Shown: positions 7,515 through 15,146 of the stretch, piece after piece
Layout of the letters: each line of letters starts with the position of its first letter
How positions within the stretch are numbered: position 1 is the stretch's first letter
Assembly (NCBI GenBank): GCA_964618735.1
Contig: CAZUFQ010000003.1
Coordinates: forward strand, 1-29,796
Reading direction: 5' to 3'
Source of the DNA: an uncultured Enterobacteriaceae bacterium
GTDB taxonomy: Bacteria; Desulfobacterota; Binatia; Bin18
Length of the DNA: 29,796 bases
Program-made: the position numbers and the translations under genes
Notes under the pieces: generated by a model
The model's input: only the letters and a program-made list of their open reading frames with translations
Databases searched by the model: none
What the model was told of the DNA's origin: nothing

Positions 7515-9446
7515 TTAATCCTTCCATAAGTTATTGGCGGCATACTTGAGCACCACGTCCACGCAGTACTCACAATATCCTTGCTCTAGCAGACTGCTCA
7601 CCATCGTGTGGTACTTACCGATCTGCTCTTCATCTCGCGTCCGCGCCTTGGTGATCACCCGGCTGATATCGCGCACCGAGTTCGTCAGTTTCTTCTCGAT
7701 CGCTTCTTTCAGAGGTTCATAGCTCTTGTATGTAATCGTTTGTGCACGTCGCGAGGCCGCCCACAAGTAAGCAATGACTTCTTGACGGAATCCATCAGCA
7801 GCTGAGCCGATAATAGCGATCTGCTCTTCTACGGACTTAAGAAAACCCTCATCCGGCTGCAGTTCCTCGCGGGTATTTCGGTCCTTCACTCTGGTCTTGT
7901 TGACAAACGCTTCGGCGTGATCCAAATAGTTCTGGAACAACGCGTCCGCCTGCGCTTGATAGGAGTACACAAAGGCTTTGGTGATTTCTTTCTCCAACAG
8001 CTCCAAGTAGTCTTTATGAATAGTATCTTGGAGAAACTCCAGGTACTGCTTACGCAGATCGTCGGTAATGTCTTGCTCCTTGACCATAGCAATAAGCGTC
8101 TCACGGACATTGATCGGATTGATGCAGCGGCCGGACTCCGCCAGAGCGTTATCAAGCGCCTTCATGATGAAGCGGGTCGAGACGCCGCTCAGCCCTTCCC
8201 GTTTAACGTCTTCGCGTAGTTCCTGGAGGTTGATCTTTTTCGTGCGGCCTTTCTCCACCACTTCTTCACCATTGTAGAGTCGCAATTTGGTGATCAGGTC
8301 ACACTTTGCGGTTGGCTCTAAGCGCGACAGTATGGCAAACATCGAAGCCATCTCCAGGGTATGCGGGGCCACGTGTGCACGGAAAGAGGACTTTTTCAAA
8401 ATCTTCTGGTAGATTTTTACCTCTTCGGACAGGCGTAGGTTATAAGGGACTTTGACGACAACGATACGGTCGAGAATAGCTTCGTTGGTATGGTCCGCTT
8501 TAAATTTTTGCCACTCCGCTTCATTGGAATGCGCCACGATCACTGAGTCCACATAGATCGTGCCGTGCCGTCCAGGCGCAGGAATGAACTTCTCCTGGGT
8601 GGCGGTAATCATCGCATGCAGATATTCAGTCTCATTTTTAAAGACTTCGATGAACTCCACCATGCCTCGGTTGCCCACGTTAAAGGCTCCGTTGAGCTCT
8701 AACACGCGCGGGTCGCCTTCAGAATATTTGTCAAGCTTGGAAATATCCTCGGAGCCGATCAACACCGAAGTATCTTGGTTATTGGGATCAACCGGCGGCA
8801 CCACGCCAATGCCTTTGCGGTTGCGTTTAGAGAAGGAGACAGTAACAATCGGCACATCTTCGTAGCGGGCCTGATACTCCTCCTTCAAACGGAAGCGGCA
8901 GGTGGGGCACAGATCTCCTTCGATATGGACGCCAAGCATCTGCTCGAACTCTTTGCGCAGGTGTCGAGGAATAAGATGCAACGGCTCCTCGAACATCGGG
9001 CACCCTTCGATAGCGTACACAGGGTCGGTTTCTTCCAACGCGCGCTGCAACTTTTCAACAAGTGAACTCTTGCCCGAGCCTACGGGCCCCATCAAGTAGA
9101 GCACTTGACGGCTTTCTTCCCCCTTCAATGAAGCGGAGTGAAAATAGCGACTAATCTGCGCAACGGTGCGCTCGATGCCAAAGAACTCGTCCTTGAAATA
9201 GTTATAAACTTTCAGATTGTCGTCTTTATAAAGCCGCTTGACGCGTGCATCATCAGACTGGGCAATATCGTACATTCCCTGGCCGAGAAGAAAGTCGTAC
9301 AGACGGGCATGGGCTAATTTAGGGATGCTGGGATCTTCTTTGATCTTTTCAAGATAGTCAAGCAACGTTCCCCGCCACTCTTTGTTCTCTCGGCTCGTGC
9401 GATCAGTTTGAATCACTTCAGCAAACGAAGTCTTCCCAATTTCCAT
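7515..9446 (-). CDS. prkA: PrkA/YeaG family AAA+ serine protein kinase/ATPase
   Basis: Walker A GPVGSGKS; GCPMFEEPL; GVVPPVDPNNQDTSVLIGS; GAFNVGNRGMVEFIEVFK; IVAHSNEAEW; EAILDRI. AAAGGAG RBS. Confidence 0.96.
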   Translation of the reverse strand: MEIGKTSFAEVIQTDRTSRENKEWRGTLLDYLEKIKEDPSIPKLAHARLYDFLLGQGMYDIAQSDDARVKRLYKDDNLKVYNYFKDEFFGIERTVAQISRYFHSASLKGEESRQVLYLMGPVGSGKSSLVEKLQRALEETDPVYAIEGCPMFEEPLHLIPRHLRKEFEQMLGVHIEGDLCPTCRFRLKEEYQARYEDVPIVTVSFSKRNRKGIGVVPPVDPNNQDTSVLIGSEDISKLDKYSEGDPRVLELNGAFNVGNRGMVEFIEVFKNETEYLHAMITATQEKFIPAPGRHGTIYVDSVIVAHSNEAEWQKFKADHTNEAILDRIVVVKVPYNLRLSEEVKIYQKILKKSSFRAHVAPHTLEMASMFAILSRLEPTAKCDLITKLRLYNGEEVVEKGRTKKINLQELREDVKREGLSGVSTRFIMKALDNALAESGRCINPINVRETLIAMVKEQDITDDLRKQYLEFLQDTIHKDYLELLEKEITKAFVYSYQAQADALFQNYLDHAEAFVNKTRVKDRNTREELQPDEGFLKSVEEQIAIIGSAADGFRQEVIAYLWAASRRAQTITYKSYEPLKEAIEKKLTNSVRDISRVITKARTRDEEQIGKYHTMVSSLLEQGYCEYCVDVVLKYAANNLWKD

Positions 9447-9539
9447 GAATTCTCCTTTTCGAGCGCTCTCTCAGTTATATATCTGGGGAGAATATCAACC
9501 CAAAAGAGGGAAGCGCGACGTGTTTCCACAGCAGACAGG

Positions 9540-9555
9540 AGCAATCCCTGTGCCA
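9540..9555 (-). promoter_or_regulatory. Sigma-54 promoter for prkA-yeaH
   Basis: Perfect TGGCAC-AGGGA-TTGCT, 93 bp upstream of the ATG at 9446. Confidence 0.85.
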
Positions 9556-9708
9556 GTAAAACTTCTTACTCTTGGAAAAAATCTACTGCGTTTCCGCTTC
9601 AGGTCGCTTAAGGCGTGAGTGTTTTTTCCTACAGTCTTACTGTAGGTTCATCTACACGGAACAGTTCGCTTCTCCCGAGATTTCTGCGCGGTCCATCTCT
9701 TTTCATGG

Positions 9709-9735
9709 GTAGGGGCAAGGTCGCCTCGTCCCTAC
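9709..9735. repeat. Degenerate GTAG-type REP palindrome
   Basis: GTAGGGGCAAGGTCGCCTCGTCCCTAC, similar to the perfect palindrome at 18813-18840. Confidence 0.55.
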
Positions 9736-9801
9736 CCCCGGCGTGCATATTCCTGGAAGCCAGAATTTAATTATGCATACCTCCGCTAAAGATAGACTTC
9801 G

Positions 9802-9817
9802 TGGCACAGGAGTTGCT
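9802..9817 (+). promoter_or_regulatory. Sigma-54 promoter for the DUF4383-DUF1080-like unit
   Basis: Perfect TGGCAC-AGGAG-TTGCT, 40 bp upstream of 9858. Confidence 0.85.
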
Positions 9818-9857
9818 CCCTATATAACATAAGCTACAGAGGTTTTCTCAGAGGTTA

Positions 9858-10337
9858 ATGATTATGGGAATACGTTCTTTTGCTTCCCTAGCGGGGCTTG
9901 TCTACCTTGTGATAGGGATTTTCGGCTTTCTACCGGGCCTCACCCATGCTCCTCCAGCCGGGGCCCCGCATTTGGCGTTTGCGACGAATTACAGTTATCT
10001 CTTTGGCTTGTTTCCCGTTAACCTCCTCCACAATGTTTTTCACATTGCGATTGGATTGTGGGGCTTTCTAGCGTCAAGCAGTCTCGCGGCTTCGCGCACC
10101 TTTGCGCGCGGCGTAGCCCTTCTGTACGGCGTCTTGACGTTCATGGGTCTGTTCCCAGGGTTGAACACCGTGTTTGGCTTGCTTCCGTTATTCGGACATG
10201 ACGTCTGGATTCATGCAGGCACGGCGTTAGTCGCCGCTTACTTCGGCTTCGCCGCGGCCCTGGAAGTCACCCGGGTGCGCCGGGCCGGGGTAAAGAGTGA
10301 AAAAGTAAAAGTCTATGAAGACCGTCCACACGCTTAA
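9858..10337 (+). CDS. DUF4383 family membrane protein
   Basis: GLVYLVIGIFGF, LFGLFPVNLLHNVFHIAIGLWG, DVWIHAGTA; four hydrophobic segments. The start may be 9864. Confidence 0.85.
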   Translation: MIMGIRSFASLAGLVYLVIGIFGFLPGLTHAPPAGAPHLAFATNYSYLFGLFPVNLLHNVFHIAIGLWGFLASSSLAASRTFARGVALLYGVLTFMGLFPGLNTVFGLLPLFGHDVWIHAGTALVAAYFGFAAALEVTRVRRAGVKSEKVKVYEDRPHA

Positions 10338-10367
10338 GCGCGTTCACACGTCGTACGGAGAGTCATT

Positions 10368-11096
10368 ATGTTGAGAGGGCCACTACACAAGCGGATCGCC
10401 GCCATTCTCCTTCTAGGTCTCGTTGAGAGTTTATTCCTTGTTGCAGTCAAGACGGCGGCGGCGCAATCGGAGCATCCTCTGAGCCTTCAAGATGTGAGTA
10501 CTCCCGCCGCCAAAAGCGTGACTTTCGATTTTGACCATTTTCCTACCGGTTCAGTTTCTGATGATTTTGTTCCGGTTCTCAGTGGGGTAGGACAGTCGAT
10601 AGTGTGGCAAATTCGCACGGAACCCACGGCGCGGAGCGGTCAGAAAGTCCTGGCCCAAACAAGTAGTGAGGAAGGTAATCCTCGTTTTCCCCTGTTAATC
10701 TACAAAAAACTTACGGAAAAAAATGTTGAGGCGGGGGTATCCTTTAAGCCCATCTCCGGAAAGGTGGATCAAGCAGGGGGACTTATTGTTCGTTATCAAG
10801 ATCAGGACCACTTCTATATGGTGAGCGCAAATGCGCTAGAGGATGAAGTCCGGCTGTATAAAGTCATTGATGGAGTCCGTCATCCCATTGCGGGCGCGAA
10901 CACACACATAGGGACCGGAGAATGGCATTGGATGAAGCTTATTGTCAAAGACAATCATTTCCAAGTGTTCCTTGAAGACGCCTTGCTTTTCGAAGCCGAC
11001 GATACGACCTATCCTCAAGCAGGGCAAATCGGCTTAGCAACAAAGAGTGACGGAGTCACCGTGTTTGATGATTTTTACATTACTCCGCTTGGTTAA
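10368..11096 (+). CDS. Exported concanavalin-A/LamG-like (DUF1080-type) beta-sandwich protein
   Basis: Signal peptide ending AAA. VSFKPISGKVDQAGGLIVRYQDQDHFY..ANALE, WHWMKL, GQIGLATKSDGVTVFDDF. Confidence 0.72.
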   Translation: MLRGPLHKRIAAILLLGLVESLFLVAVKTAAAQSEHPLSLQDVSTPAAKSVTFDFDHFPTGSVSDDFVPVLSGVGQSIVWQIRTEPTARSGQKVLAQTSSEEGNPRFPLLIYKKLTEKNVEAGVSFKPISGKVDQAGGLIVRYQDQDHFYMVSANALEDEVRLYKVIDGVRHPIAGANTHIGTGEWHWMKLIVKDNHFQVFLEDALLFEADDTTYPQAGQIGLATKSDGVTVFDDFYITPLG

Positions 11097-12198
11097 CATA
11101 ATCACTTCTTGTTTTGTTCTCAGGCGCCATCGATAAGCTTTTCTCTCCCGGGGCTTTTCCCGCGAGGGAAGCATGCTCGATTTCAGCATTGATTTTCCCT
11201 CCTATGAGAATAAAGGCGGCAGTAAGGTAAAACCAGGTAAGCAAGATAATCACCGCGCCGATGCCGCCATAGGTCGCATTATACGAGGAGAAATTCGCTA
11301 CATAATAGGAAAAACCTAACGAGACAATGATCCAGCCGATGACAGCAAACATAGAACCAGGCGTGACCCAGCGCCAGCGTTGGCTGACGTCCGGAGCGAA
11401 GTAGTACAAAATCGCCAGGCCTATCATTAAAAGCATGATGGTGACGGGCCAGCGCAGGATATTCCACACCAGCGCAAATACATCTCCCAGACCCACCTCG
11501 CTCGCGAGCCAGTTCCCCAGTTGCGGGCCGAACATGAGTAGGACTGTCGCCGCAATCATAAATAAAGACAACCCTATGACCAGCAACATTGCTAACCCGC
11601 GCACCCTCCACCATGGCCGACTTTCCTCCACCCCGTAGGCTCGATTGAGCCCGCTCATAATAGCCGAGACGGCGCTTGCAGCCGTCCAGAGCGCGACGAT
11701 AATGCCAAACGAGAGTAGGCCGCTATGCGGGTTATTCACCAGGCTGTGCAGATGATCACGTACAAGCGCGAGAGCCTCAGCCGGCGACGCCCGACCCAGG
11801 AAGTCCATCAGGTGATCAAGTAAGTTGGGAATAGGAATATAGCCCAGCAACGTGATGAGAAAAAGAAGAAACGGGAAGAGCGCGAAGAGAAAATAATAGG
11901 CGAGTTGCGCAGCCTGGCCGAAACAGTCGTCAGCGAGCACTGCATAGAACACCCGCTTACTGAGTTCAACGATGCTCAGGCCGCCTAAAATCCCACTCTT
12001 CACTTTGCCGCCAGCCTTTCGTTGTTGTACGGGTGCGAAGGATTCTACTGTTGAGTCTGGCGTTGAGCCGCGTACAGCAGCCTCAGCGTGAACGTGTCCA
12101 TTCTCCCCACGCTTTAGGTGCGTGATGGAGGAAGCAGACTGATATTCATCCCGAGGGAAAGACTGGTCTTGGCGGTTTCGCGTCTCCGAGGGCTTCAT
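11080..12198 (-). CDS. YihY/virulence factor BrkB family membrane protein
   Basis: AAQLAYYFLFALFPFLL, ALWTAASAVSAIMSGLNRAYGVEESRPWW, LYYFAPD, YNATYGGIGAVIILLTWFY. Its 3' end overlaps the convergent gene by 17 bp. Confidence 0.93.
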   Translation of the reverse strand: MKPSETRNRQDQSFPRDEYQSASSITHLKRGENGHVHAEAAVRGSTPDSTVESFAPVQQRKAGGKVKSGILGGLSIVELSKRVFYAVLADDCFGQAAQLAYYFLFALFPFLLFLITLLGYIPIPNLLDHLMDFLGRASPAEALALVRDHLHSLVNNPHSGLLSFGIIVALWTAASAVSAIMSGLNRAYGVEESRPWWRVRGLAMLLVIGLSLFMIAATVLLMFGPQLGNWLASEVGLGDVFALVWNILRWPVTIMLLMIGLAILYYFAPDVSQRWRWVTPGSMFAVIGWIIVSLGFSYYVANFSSYNATYGGIGAVIILLTWFYLTAAFILIGGKINAEIEHASLAGKAPGEKSLSMAPENKTRSDYVNQAE

Positions 12199-12263
12199 TC
12201 ATTGGCTCCAAGCGTAACGCTTCTCTGCTAGACACAACGATAAAACGATAACTGGTAATCTTC

Positions 12264-12279
12264 AGCAATCCATATGCCG
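12264..12279 (-). promoter_or_regulatory. Sigma-54 promoter for the YihY gene
   Basis: CGGCAT-ATGGA-TTGCT, 65 bp upstream of the ATG at 12198. Confidence 0.78.
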
Positions 12280-12457
12280 CAGAGACCATCAGTCGGCGCC
12301 CCTTGGCGACGGAGTAGTAAAATTGTCTACACTCCCAGGGGGAAACCCCTACACAAAGACCATCTCCTCCTACTGAGGCATTTCAGACAATTGTGGGGAA
12401 AGGGCTATTGGTGCGGCGCGCCGCCAGAGCGTCCAGCGAGAGAACCATGAACTGTCG

Positions 12458-12473
12458 CGGAATGAAATTTGCT
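12458..12473 (+). promoter_or_regulatory. Probable sigma-54 promoter for the 12630 gene
   Basis: CGGAAT-GAAAT-TTGCT has correct GG/GC spacing and lies 156 bp upstream of the ATG. Confidence 0.55.
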
Positions 12474-12629
12474 GAATCTTCGCTAGGGTAACAAGTAGGG
12501 TGATCACTTGATGTGAGTGGAGTATGGCGTGGAGGTTACACGCCGTTGATTCTCTGCTTCACGATGACACCGCGCTTTCCGTAGGGACGCAGCAGGCTGC
12601 ACCTCTCCAAAGACGAAGGGGTAAAACCT

Positions 12630-13586
12630 ATGTCAACAATCGAATGTGGTGTTTTTGACGGAATCAATCGCGCAGCAGGGGTCGTAGCAACATTGAGCGC
12701 ATGTGGGTTTAGCAGTGAAGATCTGAGTCTCGTCGTTCAAGAAAATGAACACACGTCAATAACGATAAGCACTGCGGCGAACGCAGCATCTTTCTTGTCA
12801 TCCCAGGCGTCCCTGCTTAATCCAAATCTTCGATACAGCCTGCTCATGGCCGACTCAATAACAGTGGGCGGCATTGGGCCGGTACTGGCGACCAGACCAT
12901 TCGCCATGGTGCTCGCCGGGACGCGGCGCATATCGGGAGCCGCCAATCTTATGGACGCCTTGACGGGGCTCCATATTTCGGACGGCAATGCCAGCACCTA
13001 TGCTGAAGCCGTTCGGCGCGGCGGATCGCTCCTGCTCATCAATGTCCCCGCCCATATGTTTGATCGGGTGCAGGACATTTTGCTTCTCCACCATGTCGTT
13101 GACTTATCACAACGAGTGCGACGATGGCGACAACAAGGATGGGAGCATTTTGATCCTCATGGCCTTCCTTGTACGCATGAGGAACTCAACCGTGAGCGGT
13201 TCCAACAGGCAAATGAAAACCGCCGCCGCTGCAGTTATCATCCCTATGAGCAAGATTTTCGCAGCCACTATTACCTCATGAGGGCGCCTGGGGACGAGCC
13301 TTATGAATACTATGCGCCGGCTTACCGCTATGGCTACAGGTTGGTGTGGGAGCGTGATTATCGCGGTAAGGATTGGTCTACGGTTGAGCCCCGCGCTCGA
13401 TGTCAATGGGAACGACAGGAAGGACAGTGTTGGGAAGCTGTCGCAGACGCCGTCTATTACGGGTTCATCAAAGGGCGGGATCATAATCAAGCATGGGGGG
13501 ACGCCATAGTCCAGGGAGCCTCTCCGAATTCCCCTCTTGAGTTCGAGGTTGCCGACAAGCAGACCGGACTGAGAGCGACCGGGTGA
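12630..13586 (+). CDS. YflT-like general stress protein; divergent paralogue of 1941-3599 without the DUF2382 domain
   Basis: GVFD..NRAAGVVATL...GFSSEDLSLV; GGIGPVLA; YAEAVRRGGSLL; VDLSQRVRRWRQQGW; EQDFRSHY...YAPAYRYGY...GKDWSTVE...WE. AAGGGG RBS. Confidence 0.75.
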   Translation: MSTIECGVFDGINRAAGVVATLSACGFSSEDLSLVVQENEHTSITISTAANAASFLSSQASLLNPNLRYSLLMADSITVGGIGPVLATRPFAMVLAGTRRISGAANLMDALTGLHISDGNASTYAEAVRRGGSLLLINVPAHMFDRVQDILLLHHVVDLSQRVRRWRQQGWEHFDPHGLPCTHEELNRERFQQANENRRRCSYHPYEQDFRSHYYLMRAPGDEPYEYYAPAYRYGYRLVWERDYRGKDWSTVEPRARCQWERQEGQCWEAVADAVYYGFIKGRDHNQAWGDAIVQGASPNSPLEFEVADKQTGLRATG

Positions 13587-13918
13587 AGCACTCTTCGTGA
13601 GATACGGCGAGCACCGCGTCATACTTGTCTCTTGCCTGTCTATTGTGGTTGCTTCTAATAGTAAATTTTCTGGCGCCGTAGAAGAAAACGTCGCGCCGTG
13701 CGCAAGAGCGGACTCCGTCCAACCTCGTCCACTCCACTGCGAACCAGACGAAGTCGCTCAAGCTGAGGAAAGACGCCCGTTGAGAGTACGCTCAGCGTCT
13801 CAACGAACCTAACAAGGCGGCCCCAGCGTGAGCGCATCTTTTCCCGGCGTTTTCATTCAGGAAAGCATGTTGTGAGACGAACGAACAAACTTACCAACGT
13901 GTGTGAGAGGAGGATGAG

Positions 13919-15133
13919 ATGCGAATTGCCCAAGTGGCGCCTTTGTATGAGCGCGTGCCCCCGGTGCTGTATGGAGGCACGGAACGAGTGGTTTCCTACT
14001 TAACTGAAGAACTCGTGCGTCTTGGCCATGAAGTAACGCTCTTCGCCAGCGGGGACTCACTGACCCGCGCCCGTTTAGAAGCTGCTTGTCCACAAGCCTT
14101 ACGGTTAGACCCCAATTGTCAGGATTCCATTGCGCCACATATCAACATGTTAGGCGAAGTGTACCGCCAAGCGTCGAATTTCGATGTCATTCATTGCCAT
14201 ACAGCCTATCTTGGACTTCCTCTCACCTCGTATGTGACGACGCCAACCATTCTGACTCATCATGGACGTCTGGATCTCCCAGAACAACAACCCATCTTTT
14301 GCGCCTATCCTAACGTCGCCCATATCTCTATTAGTGACGATCAGCGGCAATCCCTTCCTGAAATAAACTGGGCGGCAACAGTATACCATGGACTACCGTT
14401 GGACCTCTATCCATTCCAAGCGCAGTCGCCCCGGGCCTATTCGCTCTTTCTCGGACGCATCGCGCCGGAAAAGCGGCCTGATAGCGCGATTCGTATTGCT
14501 TGCCAGGCAGGCATCCCGCTGCGGATTGCTGCGAAAGTTGATCGAGTCGACCAAATATACTTTGACACAACGATCCGTCCGCTTTTAGATCATCCCCTTG
14601 TAGAATTTCTTGGTGAAGTCAATGAAGAACAAAAGCGCACTCTCCTTGGCGACGCGTTAGCGTTACTGTTTCCCATTGACTGGCCTGAACCCTTCGGCTT
14701 AGTTATGATTGAAGCGCTTGCTTGCGGAACCCCGGCGATTGTGCGGCGACGTGGATCGGCGCCAGAAATCATACAAGACGGGGTAACAGGATTTGTGTGC
14801 GAGACGGACGAAGAGATGGTCGCCGCTATCCAGAAGGTGCAACAGCTGGACCGGGGAGCGTGTCGTCGCGCCTTTACGGAACGCTTTTCTGTACAGCGTA
14901 TGGCGCAGGATTATCTAGCGATGTATAAAACCTGCCTTGCTCATACTAGTGGCGCGCAACGCCTGCCCACCGTGCGCCGCATGCTTCCCGCGCTGCCTGC
15001 GCGACGGCAGCAGACACATTCGAAGGTGTCTCCACCTCAGGGTGGGAATGCACTTCCTGTTTCTCCACCTCTTTCGCAATCTTCTAATCTCGCTTCACTG
15101 AATCCTGCGGTAATTTCCAACCGTAAGCAGTAA
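13919..15133 (+). CDS. Glycosyltransferase family 4
   Basis: MRIAQVAPLYERVPPVLYGGTERVV, FLGRIAPEKRPD, LFPIDWPEPFGLVMIEALACGTP. GAGGAGG RBS. Confidence 0.95.
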   Translation: MRIAQVAPLYERVPPVLYGGTERVVSYLTEELVRLGHEVTLFASGDSLTRARLEAACPQALRLDPNCQDSIAPHINMLGEVYRQASNFDVIHCHTAYLGLPLTSYVTTPTILTHHGRLDLPEQQPIFCAYPNVAHISISDDQRQSLPEINWAATVYHGLPLDLYPFQAQSPRAYSLFLGRIAPEKRPDSAIRIACQAGIPLRIAAKVDRVDQIYFDTTIRPLLDHPLVEFLGEVNEEQKRTLLGDALALLFPIDWPEPFGLVMIEALACGTPAIVRRRGSAPEIIQDGVTGFVCETDEEMVAAIQKVQQLDRGACRRAFTERFSVQRMAQDYLAMYKTCLAHTSGAQRLPTVRRMLPALPARRQQTHSKVSPPQGGNALPVSPPLSQSSNLASLNPAVISNRKQ

Positions 15134-15146
15134 GCGGAGGTTCATC

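Noticed and set aside
11080-11096. 17-bp convergent overlap of yihY and the ConA-like gene
   Set aside because: Short tail-to-tail overlaps are common and there is no sign of special function.
12146-12202. Short out-of-frame ATG ORF overlapping the yihY start (MNEALGD...)
   Set aside because: Only 18 codons with no supporting features; the in-frame ATG at 12198 has better spacing from the GGAG.
13655-13837. 60-aa minus-strand ORF and other small ORFs in the 13587-13918 spacer
   Set aside because: No recognisable motif, signal peptide, RBS or promoter.
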